From positions 1-48,591 of the forward strand of contig CALKOM010000012.1 in NCBI GenBank assembly GCA_938091905.1: DNA of 48,591 nucleotides, written 5' to 3'. The notes under the pieces were generated by a model. That model saw only the letters and a program-made list of their open reading frames with translations, was not told where the DNA came from and made no database searches. The translations under genes and the position numbers were made by a program. Origin of the DNA: an uncultured Verrucomicrobiales bacterium. GTDB lineage: Bacteria > Verrucomicrobiota > Verrucomicrobiia > Verrucomicrobiales > DEV007. Shown here piece after piece: positions 9,068-17,717 of this stretch; the first letter of the stretch is position 1; every line of letters starts with the position of its first letter.

Positions 9068-10327
9068 ATGTTAAAGAAAGTTGATCTAATTAATTCGTTT
9101 ACGGGTAAGACTATTTCCGCCGTCGTCGATACGGATGACAATGAGAAAGCGATTGTTGGTGCTGGCAAAGCTCCAAATGAGGTCGCCAAGGTGACGGATA
9201 TTGTAGGATTCGATGAGTCGGTTCATCGCCTTAGTATGGCAAAACAGTCTCTTGAGGATCGTGCTTCGCTTTTTGCAGGTGTTGCGCGTTGTCTAGAGCG
9301 AAACATTTCTACGCGTAAGAGTTTCGAATTGCAGGCAAACAGAATGAAGACTCCGATCTATCGAGGAGTTATCGCCGAGGTTTGTGATCAGATTTCAGCT
9401 GGTGAGAAGATCAGTACAGCGCTGGAAATGTACCCCAACCTGTTTGGCCCAGCGACCACTGCCTTGATTCGCGCTGGTGAAGAAGCGGGACAGCTTCCCG
9501 CTGTATGCCATCAGATTGCTTCTGGACAGAAGAAGACGGTTAAGATTATTAAGAAGCTTAAGAACGGTATGGTTTATCCCGCTATCGTCATGGTCATGTC
9601 GGTGGCTGTGGTTATTGCGATGAGCTTTACTCTGGTGCCGGCACTTGCGGGTCTTTATGGCTCAATGGATGCGAAGTTGCCTTTCGCGACCGTGTTGATC
9701 ATGAATTTCTCTGAGTTATTGCTCAAGCAGCCCTACCTCGCTTTGGTTCCTTTTGTCGTGTTAGGCGTGTTCTTTAGAAATTGGGGCAAGATTACTTCCA
9801 ATCCGACGATTCAGAAGGTCTTTATTCGAATTCCTGCGGTTGGGCCGATTGTCAGGAAATCTTCTGCTGCTGTGGGCTTCCGTACATTCTCAATGCTAGT
9901 CGAGTCGAACGTTCGTATGAACACAGCAGTGAGCATTGCAGCAGAAAGCTCGCCGCATATTTATCATCGTGAGTTCTTTGAACGCCTACGAGAACACATC
10001 TCGGCTGGAGATGGATTGGCAGAAAGCTTCATGCGCGAATCTCATTGGCTTGGCATCGATGGTCGGCGGATTTGCGGGATCATGGAAATCGCGGCAGAGA
10101 CAGGTTCTGCGACCGAGATGTTAAACGAGGTTGCTGACGACTACGAAGAGGACCTGGATAACATGGCAGCTCAGATCGACAAGATCCTTGAGCCGATCAC
10201 GATTATCTTTCTCGGCCTGATGGTGGGGTTTCTTATCTACGCCATCTATTCGCCGATCTTTTCGCTTGGAAAACTGATACTTCCAGACGCAGGAAGCGAA
10301 AAGAACACACCGGCTCAAGTCAAATAA
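9068..10327 (+). CDS. pilC: Type IV pilus platform protein PilC (GspF family)
   Basis: Two GspF domains (LIRAGEEAGQL; IAAETGS), MVYPAIV, ILEPITII and AIYSPIF motifs, and 3 TM segments. Confidence 0.92.
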   Translation: MLKKVDLINSFTGKTISAVVDTDDNEKAIVGAGKAPNEVAKVTDIVGFDESVHRLSMAKQSLEDRASLFAGVARCLERNISTRKSFELQANRMKTPIYRGVIAEVCDQISAGEKISTALEMYPNLFGPATTALIRAGEEAGQLPAVCHQIASGQKKTVKIIKKLKNGMVYPAIVMVMSVAVVIAMSFTLVPALAGLYGSMDAKLPFATVLIMNFSELLLKQPYLALVPFVVLGVFFRNWGKITSNPTIQKVFIRIPAVGPIVRKSSAAVGFRTFSMLVESNVRMNTAVSIAAESSPHIYHREFFERLREHISAGDGLAESFMRESHWLGIDGRRICGIMEIAAETGSATEMLNEVADDYEEDLDNMAAQIDKILEPITIIFLGLMVGFLIYAIYSPIFSLGKLILPDAGSEKNTPAQVK

Positions 10328-10448
10328 AGAATTTGTGAAATATATATTTTACAGTTGCGCTGTTACGATAGTTATGATAATAATAATTTATTCCCATCAG
10401 TATCAAAAAAACAACAAATCCAGAAACAACAACAAGCTCCATTTAATC

Positions 10449-10835
10449 ATGAAAATTACTAAATTTGCTTCTAAGGGCTTCAGCCTCATTGAAATGCTCG
10501 TCGTCATCGCCATCATCGGCATCATCGCTGCAGTGGCTGTGCCTCAAATCTCTGATTTCACAAGTTCTGCCGAAGATAGCCGAAACAAGCGTAACGCTCA
10601 AAACCTCGCAACTGCGTGTGCTTCTGCTCAGGCTGCAGGCCTTGACTTAATAGGTACTGCTACTACTAAAGCTGCGGCCGTTGATAATGTTGTCACTGGT
10701 GCTACTATAACTGGTGGTGTTTTTGATAAAAAGTATTTTGGCGTGCCTAACATGGATTCAGCTGCCAAAACCGCTGCTCTCGATTTTCTTAAGCTTGAAA
10801 GTGGTATGCTCCAGTATGTCCCAGCAGGCAATTGA
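10449..10835 (+). CDS. pilA: Major type IVa-like pilin (true start is probably ATG 10449, not 10335)
   Basis: MKITKFASKG|FSLIEMLVVIAIIGIIAAVAVP with G-1/F1/E5/P22, giving 118 aa mature. It has its own AT-rich upstream spacer, a triple stop TGA-TAA-TAG and a downstream terminator. Confidence 0.85.
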   Translation: MKITKFASKGFSLIEMLVVIAIIGIIAAVAVPQISDFTSSAEDSRNKRNAQNLATACASAQAAGLDLIGTATTKAAAVDNVVTGATITGGVFDKKYFGVPNMDSAAKTAALDFLKLESGMLQYVPAGN

Positions 10836-10931
10836 TAATAGGCCCTGTCAAAGTGTTGCGCATTGGACTGGGCCCGCTCTAATAAGTTAGATAGGCAGGC
10901 TCAATTATCTGCGTAATCACCATTATTTAGT

Positions 10932-10960
10932 GGCGGTTGGGTTCTCCCAACCGCCGTTTT
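10932..10960 (+). terminator. Rho-independent terminator-like hairpin after the major pilin
   Basis: Perfect 10 bp stem GGCGGTTGGG-ttct-CCCAACCGCC followed by GTTTT. Confidence 0.75.
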
Positions 10961-11154
10961 GCGTTGAAGAAATGAGAATATTTTCATCTTGGTTGAGCTT
11001 TTAGAGGTGCCTGAATCAGTGAGTTCAACTCCCGCGGCTGGCAAGAAGTGATGAGGATGGGAAGATTCTATGACTAATTGAATACAATAAGTTAGCAAGC
11101 CGTGGAAAATCTATTTGATTATAGAAATTACACACTATAGGATTTCTTGATTAT

Positions 11155-11527
11155 ATGCAACGGGAAGGATTCAGCCTTGTGGAAACGATCGCCGTGATTG
11201 CGATCGTCTGCATTCTGTCGGCGATTGGCTCAGCTAGCATATGCACCAAGCGCGTCTTGTCGACGGTAGAGCGGGCCCAGTCTAATGCGCAACACTTTGC
11301 CCGGGTCTATTCTGTTTCTCCTACTACTACAAATGGTTCTGTTGCCGGAGAGGCGAAGATCAAAGATGTCGTTCAGAAGATTGTCATCTGCGTGAATGTG
11401 CAAGCCGCTGAGTTCAATGAATCCCTCTGTTATGTTCTATCTAGAGATCTCATTGCCGACCAATCGGAGGCTGTCGACGTACTCCGAAGTATCCCATGGC
11501 CGACTCCACTAAATACCTAACGAATGA
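11155..11527 (+). pseudogene. Decayed paralogue of the major pilin (frameshift near 11473 and nonsense TAA at 11510-11512)
   Basis: EG|FSLVETIAVIAIV and SNAQHFA align with PilA RNAQNLA. After a one-base shift the tail reads STYSEVSHGRLH*IPNE* versus PilA LDFLKLESGMLQYVPAGN. That frame ends in TGA 11525-11527, overlapping the next ATG (ATGA). Confidence 0.7.
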
Positions 11528-11982
11528 TTTTTGCGCACTCACACAAACATCATGGCCGATTTAGAGGCTTCACCTTGATCGAGGTGATCGTTGTCATCGC
11601 GATCATCGGAATCATGACGTCACTGGTGATTACGGCGTACCGAAATGTGGCACAGGATAGCCGGGATGTGGTAGCACGTCAGCAGCAGGCTGCTCTTCAG
11701 AATGCGATCAACAATTGGGTCACTACTCAGACCGTGACGCTTCCCATTTCTTTAGTACGTTCATCGTATAATAATGCGGCCGATAGCCCGGCGCGGCTCG
11801 ATCTGATTAAAGACTACCTTGATGAACGAACGAGAGATCACCTTGTGGGATTAAGTCCAGCGGGCATAGATGCGGTCAATAGCGAGGCTCTTACCAGGCT
11901 TAATAGGCATCTTCTTTTCTCGACTTGGGACACTGGGTCCTATCCTCAAGTTCAGATGATCGATAGTGGTGGCGTGAACTAA
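11524..11982 (+). CDS. Type IV pilin-like protein
   Basis: RG|FTLIEVIVVIAIIGIMTSLVI class III signal. Confidence 0.88.
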   Translation: MIFAHSHKHHGRFRGFTLIEVIVVIAIIGIMTSLVITAYRNVAQDSRDVVARQQQAALQNAINNWVTTQTVTLPISLVRSSYNNAADSPARLDLIKDYLDERTRDHLVGLSPAGIDAVNSEALTRLNRHLLFSTWDTGSYPQVQMIDSGGVN

Positions 11983-11994
11983 CTCAAACGAATC

Positions 11995-12396
11995 ATGCAT
12001 CAACATCTAATTCATAAGAAGAGGGTAGGCATTCGAGGTTTCTCGCTCGTTGAGATGATCACGGCTGTTGGCATCATTGGAATCATCCTCTTCTTGGCAA
12101 TTCCTAACATTATTAAAGTCCGCGAAGATAGTGAGCTCAGCATGGCCATCGCTAGAGCGGAGTCTCTTAATATGGCGATGGCATCGTTCATGCTAGCTAA
12201 CGGGCGCGGCAACGCTAAGACTTTTTGGAACGGTAAAACAAACGATCAAAGATATTCGTACGTGACTCCCTATCTCCAGTATGCACCAACTACCCTCGGA
12301 GGGTTCTTGCCCGGCTATGGAATCGTTTTTCCAGCCACCCTTGGTAATCAACAGAAGGTGACTCTTTCGCTGGGAGGAACGGCTATAAATTACTAG
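11995..12396 (+). CDS. Type IV pilin-like protein
   Basis: RG|FSLVEMITAVGIIGIILFLAIP class III signal with P22. Confidence 0.88.
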   Translation: MHQHLIHKKRVGIRGFSLVEMITAVGIIGIILFLAIPNIIKVREDSELSMAIARAESLNMAMASFMLANGRGNAKTFWNGKTNDQRYSYVTPYLQYAPTTLGGFLPGYGIVFPATLGNQQKVTLSLGGTAINY

Positions 12397-12409
12397 ACAC
12401 TGCACACTC

Positions 12410-12886
12410 GTGAAGACCGTTCATAAATGTAATCGTGGCCTCAGCATGGTCGAAATGCTAATTTCGCTCACGATAATCGGTATCTTGTCTGCGATTGCGA
12501 TGTCGAACTATAAAGATCTCTTCGGGAGCTCTGAGCGTGTTGTCTGCCGGGACTTTACTGAGCAGATCAATGATGCCCTAAAGGAGTTTCAGCAAAGTGC
12601 GTGGGGTATTACTTTGGCGGTCGATGACGCCAGCGCGGATGATGAGATCAAGATTGTTCAATCGCTTCAGCACAAGGACGTCACGATATTCGGATCCCCG
12701 TTTCTCCGATTAGACTGGATCCCTGCCGAAGGCGATGATGTTGAGATGTATCGCCTGCGCTGGAACGGTGCCACCCTAGAGCTCATCGAGCCTGGAACGA
12801 CAGGACATGGGATCTGGTTTGATCCTCAGGGAAGCCAGTTTGGAACGAGAGTAACTTTGCCTCCGGGCTTTCAACCTGCCACCTAG
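12410..12886 (+). CDS. Type IV pilin-like protein
   Basis: GTG start. RG|LSMVEMLISLTIIGILSAIAM class III signal. Confidence 0.85.
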   Translation: MKTVHKCNRGLSMVEMLISLTIIGILSAIAMSNYKDLFGSSERVVCRDFTEQINDALKEFQQSAWGITLAVDDASADDEIKIVQSLQHKDVTIFGSPFLRLDWIPAEGDDVEMYRLRWNGATLELIEPGTTGHGIWFDPQGSQFGTRVTLPPGFQPAT

Positions 12887-12912
12887 AATAGACTGACATC
12901 CATCACCACACC

Positions 12913-15114
12913 ATGGACTCTGTTAGGAACAACGCATTAGAACCAGAACGCACAACCGCCGAGGATGAAGCCATTCTTTCTCCCGAAGTGGGAGAAGCGG
13001 CGGTAGCTCCGAGCAGTGAGGGTGGTGTCACTCCGCAGCATGAAGCGAATCATGCGCTTGAATCACTAGCAGAACAGTATAACCTCTTGCCTTGGGCTCC
13101 GGCCCGTAATTCTTGCTCTACCGAGGGTGAGATGCTGATTCGAAAGCTGGGACGATTACCTCGCGATGCGAGGCCGTGGATCCCTGTAGCTTCGTTGGGG
13201 CCGGCGATTATCTTCGGGCACTATGATCCAACGGCAACTGAGTTGTGGGGTGTGCCCGAGTTTCTTGCCATCAAGGTGGTCATTACCGCAGAGAAGTATC
13301 AGGAGATCTATGACGATCTGATACAGCGTTTGCGTATGAATCCTGTTGGGCCAGAGAATTCCAACGAGTTCATGCCCGCTCCTCCGGCAGGGGGGACCCT
13401 GGTGGAAACTTTCCACTGGTATGTCGAGAATTATCCGTTGGACCAGATGGACGTGGATCGGCTGGCCACCGTGATTAGTAAGCGTCAGCCAGAAGAACTG
13501 CAGACTCCCGAGCAGTTCAATGAGGTGGAGAGAAATCTTGGTGTGGCGCTCTATCGTATTTCGTCAGGGAATCTTGTTTTTAGTCCAGAAGAGGCGCCAT
13601 CTCAGATGATCTTTGGTGATGGTCTTCTGGAGAAACACAATGTGTATCCGCTGCACTGTGGTCAGGATCGGATCTATCTTTTATCCGATGATCCGTCAAA
13701 CTATGGGTTCGAGGACGAATGGCTATCTGCTGGCAATGAGGCTATGCCCATTACGATGGTCGTGGCTGATGCTGAGCTGATTAAGAAGACGATTAGTCGC
13801 CAGCGTTCGCGCTCTTCGAACGAGGAGGACGGTCAGCCTGCGCATGTCGGAGAGTATGTCTTCGCGGCCAACGCGAATGTGGTCGAGATTGAATCTTCTG
13901 ATATGGAGGCGATTCATCCGGCCAACGTGAACACGACGGCAGAGGAGATTATGCACTGGGTGCTGTATCGGTCAATTTTGAACCGGGCAAGTGACCTCCA
14001 CTTGGAGCGTTTCTATAACATGTGTCGATTCCGCGCGCGGATCGATGGCAAGCTGCGGGTGATTCACTCCTGCACCGACGAGAACCTGAACAAGTTCATC
14101 GCGTTAGTGAAGAATTACTCGAACATGCCGCAGACAAAGCAGGAAGCCCAGGACGGCCGCTTTGCTATGACTATCGGGAAGCGTCGTGTTGATGTTCGTG
14201 TGTCTGCTGTGCCCTGTCGGAAAGAGGCCCAAAAGCTGACCATGCGTTTCTTGGACAAGCAGGATGGGCTCAAGTCACTTTCTGATCTGAGTTTTTCCGA
14301 GCGCCAAACGGCGATTACCGAAGATGTCATGGGTCGCGATCAGGGCCTGATTCTAATCACTGGTCCAACGGGTAGCGGTAAGACGACTACGCTTTATGCG
14401 CTGATCAATAGCGTGAACTCGGACGAGAAGAACATCCACACGATCGAAGACCCGATTGAGTATGAGATCGAGGGAATCAACCAGACCCAGACCGATCTCA
14501 TTCATGGCATCGACTTCGCGGTTGGTCTAAGAGCACTTCTTCGCGCGGACCCCGATGTCATTCTTATTGGAGAATCTCGTGATAAAGAGACAGCTCAGTC
14601 TGCGGTGAACGCGGCTCTTACGGGTCACCTGGTGTTGACGACTTTGCATGCAAATGACTGCATGAGAGCGGTGTCTCGATTGCTTTCGATGGGAGTGCCA
14701 TCGTTCTTGCTGGCGGACTCACTGGCGATGAGCCAGGCTCAGCGTTTGGTTAGGCGGCTATGTAATTACTGCAAACGTCCAGTGGCGGCTTCGAGTAAGG
14801 TCCAGCGGATCTTGGCCCGCGAAGGCATGATTGATGCGCCTCTGACCACGCCGATCTACGAGGACAATGGATGTCCAGAGTGCAATAATTCGGGCTTTCA
14901 TGGCCGCGTGGCTCTCATGGAAATGAGTTTGGTTCCTATGAAACTCCAAGATCTCATCGCCGCTGATGCGCCTCAAAGTGAGATGCGGGCGGTGGCTGTA
15001 CAACATGGTCTCCTGACGCTTTATCAAGAGGGGTTGAACGAAGTCATGCTAGGCACGACGACTCTCAAAGAAATCTCGCCTCTGAGTTACACGTCTCGGA
15101 TGGAGGGTGATTGA
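12913..15114 (+). CDS. pilB: Type IV pilus extension ATPase PilB (GspE family)
   Basis: ASDLHLE, RIDG, QDGR, GPTGSGKTTT, TIEDPIE, LRADPDVILIGE, GHLVLTTLHAN and tetra-Cys LCNYC...GCPEC. Confidence 0.93.
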   Translation: MDSVRNNALEPERTTAEDEAILSPEVGEAAVAPSSEGGVTPQHEANHALESLAEQYNLLPWAPARNSCSTEGEMLIRKLGRLPRDARPWIPVASLGPAIIFGHYDPTATELWGVPEFLAIKVVITAEKYQEIYDDLIQRLRMNPVGPENSNEFMPAPPAGGTLVETFHWYVENYPLDQMDVDRLATVISKRQPEELQTPEQFNEVERNLGVALYRISSGNLVFSPEEAPSQMIFGDGLLEKHNVYPLHCGQDRIYLLSDDPSNYGFEDEWLSAGNEAMPITMVVADAELIKKTISRQRSRSSNEEDGQPAHVGEYVFAANANVVEIESSDMEAIHPANVNTTAEEIMHWVLYRSILNRASDLHLERFYNMCRFRARIDGKLRVIHSCTDENLNKFIALVKNYSNMPQTKQEAQDGRFAMTIGKRRVDVRVSAVPCRKEAQKLTMRFLDKQDGLKSLSDLSFSERQTAITEDVMGRDQGLILITGPTGSGKTTTLYALINSVNSDEKNIHTIEDPIEYEIEGINQTQTDLIHGIDFAVGLRALLRADPDVILIGESRDKETAQSAVNAALTGHLVLTTLHANDCMRAVSRLLSMGVPSFLLADSLAMSQAQRLVRRLCNYCKRPVAASSKVQRILAREGMIDAPLTTPIYEDNGCPECNNSGFHGRVALMEMSLVPMKLQDLIAADAPQSEMRAVAVQHGLLTLYQEGLNEVMLGTTTLKEISPLSYTSRMEGD

Positions 15115-16160
15115 TCTAGCGTTTCCAAGATGTCATCGATCAGCGAGCTACCTCGGTAGACAAAGCCGGTATAGACTTGTATGAGAGAGGCGCCAGCCTC
15201 AAGTTTGTCGAGCGCATCCTGCCCACAGGAAATACCGCCGACGCCAATGATCGGGAGCGCCTTTCCAAGGTGCTCATGAAACTTGGCAATTACTAGTGTG
15301 GATTTCTCGGCCACGGGGCGGCCGCTGAGGCCACCGATCTCGGTGCCGTGCTTGAGTTCTGTGACTTTGTCTCGAGCAGTGGTCGTGTTTGTCGCAATGA
15401 CCGCATCCATCCCGACACTGACAAAGAGATCGGCGAGTTCCTTGATGTGCTCATCTTCTAGGTCTGGAGCGATCTTGATAGCAAGTGGAATTCGCTTCTG
15501 ATGGCGATGAGCCAGTTGATCGCGTTCGGCCACCAGCTGCTCTAGAAGAGGGCGACAATGCGCAACCAACTGTAGTTCGCGCAATGCTTTCGTATTCGGT
15601 GAGGAAAGATTGATGGCGACGTAGTCTGCGGTGCTGTAAGCCTTGCGTAGACCGATGAGATAATCGTTTGTTGCCCGTTCGTTTGGTGTGTCGAAATTCT
15701 TGCCGATATTCACGCCGAGGATGCCAGGATAGGCACGTTTCGTGAGGCGTTCCACGGCTTCATCGATGCCAGGGTTGTTGAATCCCATGCGATTGATGAT
15801 CGCTTCGGCCGGCTTGAGACGAAACAGCCTGGGCTTCGAATTGCCGGGCTGGGATCTCGGAGTCAGTGTGCCGACTTCTATATGCCCGAAGCCAAGGGCT
15901 CCAAGGCCATCGACACAGTGTGCTCCCTTGTCAAGTCCGGCTCCGAGACCTAGACGATTGGGAAAGGTGAGCCCCATGATCTCAACCGGTCGAGCAGGTC
16001 CGAAGGTGTGTTCGTCGAACGCCGCGAGGGGTGAGTCTTGAATCCATTTCAGCGCTCCGAGCGACAGATGATGGGCGCGTTCGGGATCAAGGGCGAAGAG
16101 TCCGCATCTAACAAAAGGATAGGTTGCTGCGGTAAGTTGTCTGAGCGTGTTCCCTGCCAT
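15087..16160 (-). CDS. pyrD: Quinone-dependent dihydroorotate dehydrogenase
   Basis: LDPERAH, GLDK, GTLTPRSQPGN, NRMGFNN, NLSSPNT, KIAPD, GGLSG, IIGVGG. Confidence 0.96.
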   Translation of the reverse strand: MAGNTLRQLTAATYPFVRCGLFALDPERAHHLSLGALKWIQDSPLAAFDEHTFGPARPVEIMGLTFPNRLGLGAGLDKGAHCVDGLGALGFGHIEVGTLTPRSQPGNSKPRLFRLKPAEAIINRMGFNNPGIDEAVERLTKRAYPGILGVNIGKNFDTPNERATNDYLIGLRKAYSTADYVAINLSSPNTKALRELQLVAHCRPLLEQLVAERDQLAHRHQKRIPLAIKIAPDLEDEHIKELADLFVSVGMDAVIATNTTTARDKVTELKHGTEIGGLSGRPVAEKSTLVIAKFHEHLGKALPIIGVGGISCGQDALDKLEAGASLIQVYTGFVYRGSSLIDDILETLDQSPSIRDV

Positions 16161-17674
16161 TACTCAAGTTCAATGCTCGCTGGAGGCTTTGTGGAAATGT
16201 CATAGAACACGCGGTTTACCCCAGCTACGGTGTTTAAGATGGTATTCGACGATTCTCGCAAGAGCGCGTGAGGCAACTCGACCCAATCTGCGGTCATCGC
16301 ATCTTCACTCACCACGGCGCGGAGAGCAATGGCATGTTCGTAAGAGCGTTCGTCGCCTTTGACTCCCACCGTGCGAACGGGTAGCAGTGCCGCGTAAGCC
16401 TGCCAAACTTTATCATACCATCCGTGCTTGCGAAGGTTGCCGATGAAGACTGCATCTGCTTCGCGAACGATCTTGAGTCGATCTTTGGTGATTTCACCAG
16501 GGACGCGCACAGCAAGGCCAGGGCCGGGGAAAGGGTGTCGAAATAGCATCTCATCAGGGATGTCGAGGCTTTTCCCAAGAGCCCGGACTTCATCTTTAAA
16601 GAGTTCTGCTAGAGGTTCAAGCACACGGCCCTCTTTCTGTAGCTCCAAGATGCGATCTACCCTGTTGTGGTGGGTCTTTATCCGTGAGGCAATGGAACCA
16701 CTCGTCGCGCTTTCAATCACGTCTGGGTAGAGCGTGCCCTGTGCTAGCAGTTGCACGTCCTTGGCGGCGTCCCAAAACACATCGAGAAAGAGATTGCCTA
16801 TGATGTGCCGCTTCCTCTCAGGTTCATCCTCGCCAGCAAGGGCTTGAAGAAAGCGGTCTCGAGCATCTACGCGTTCGATCTCAAGGCCTAGTTGTTTGAA
16901 GCTCTCTACAACCTGATCGCTCTCTCCTTTGCGAAGTAGGCCGTTGTCTACAAAGATGGGGCGAACATTGGAGCCAGCGCGATTGAGGAGAACGGCGAGG
17001 ACGGTGGAATCGACGCCACCTGAGACGCCACAGATTACTTCGCGATCACCGATCTCTGCCTTGAGCGCGGCAATCGTCTCGTCCCTGAATGACTGGATCT
17101 CAAAGCGTGGGGGATCATTCGTCATCTCTAGGAAGTTCTTCAAAACCTGAGTGCCTTCGTGGCTATGCGTTACTTCAGGGTGAAATTGAATCCCATACCA
17201 TCCTTTGCGCCAGGAAAGGGCGACCGGGATACCTTCTTGGTTCTTGCCAAGCACTTTCGTGTTCTCTGGCAAGTTGCTCACGGTGTCCGAATGGCTCATC
17301 CAAATTTGGGAAGAGTCTGACAACTTGGCGAAGAGCCCCGTGCTTTCAGTGGGTTCAAGCTGCGCTGGGCCATATTCCCGGGAGTGGCTCGGCGCGACCT
17401 CGCCGCCGTGCTTGAGATTGAGTAATTGCATGCCATAGCAGATACCCAGGACGGGAACGTTGAGCGTTTCGAGGAACGCGTAGTCGATATCTGGCGCGTC
17501 GATCTCCGTGACGCTACGAGGGCCTCCTGAGAGGATCACCGCGACAGGCTGGCCGACGCTCGGGAGCTCGCTGGGTTGAAAGAGCTTTGCGAAATAGCCT
17601 AGCTCACGGACGCGGCGAACGATGAGCTGAGTGTATTGGGAGCCGAAATCGATGACGGCGATTTGAACCTGCAT
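16160..17674 (-). CDS. guaA: GMP synthase (glutamine-hydrolysing)
   Basis: DFGSQYTQLI, GICYG, QFHPEV, SGGVDS, QGTLYPDVIES, IKTHHN, KPPASIE. TAATG overlap with pyrD. Confidence 0.97.
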   Translation of the reverse strand: MQVQIAVIDFGSQYTQLIVRRVRELGYFAKLFQPSELPSVGQPVAVILSGGPRSVTEIDAPDIDYAFLETLNVPVLGICYGMQLLNLKHGGEVAPSHSREYGPAQLEPTESTGLFAKLSDSSQIWMSHSDTVSNLPENTKVLGKNQEGIPVALSWRKGWYGIQFHPEVTHSHEGTQVLKNFLEMTNDPPRFEIQSFRDETIAALKAEIGDREVICGVSGGVDSTVLAVLLNRAGSNVRPIFVDNGLLRKGESDQVVESFKQLGLEIERVDARDRFLQALAGEDEPERKRHIIGNLFLDVFWDAAKDVQLLAQGTLYPDVIESATSGSIASRIKTHHNRVDRILELQKEGRVLEPLAELFKDEVRALGKSLDIPDEMLFRHPFPGPGLAVRVPGEITKDRLKIVREADAVFIGNLRKHGWYDKVWQAYAALLPVRTVGVKGDERSYEHAIALRAVVSEDAMTADWVELPHALLRESSNTILNTVAGVNRVFYDISTKPPASIELE

Positions 17675-17717
17675 GCGTTTCTTTGCCCGAAGACCTCGCA
17701 GGTGTCAATGGGACCGT

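Noticed and set aside
10335..10448. N-terminal extension of the pilin ORF given in the ORF track
   Set aside because: This is AT-rich low-complexity spacer. ATG 10449 gives a normal 10 aa class III leader.
10449..10835. Conductive e-pilin
   Set aside because: The mature pilin is 118 aa with few aromatic residues and long aromatic-free gaps.
2469..15114. Calling the locus a type II secretion system
   Set aside because: A PilT with an AIRNLIRE-like motif and a separately expressed major pilin favour a retractile pilus. A secretion role is not excluded.
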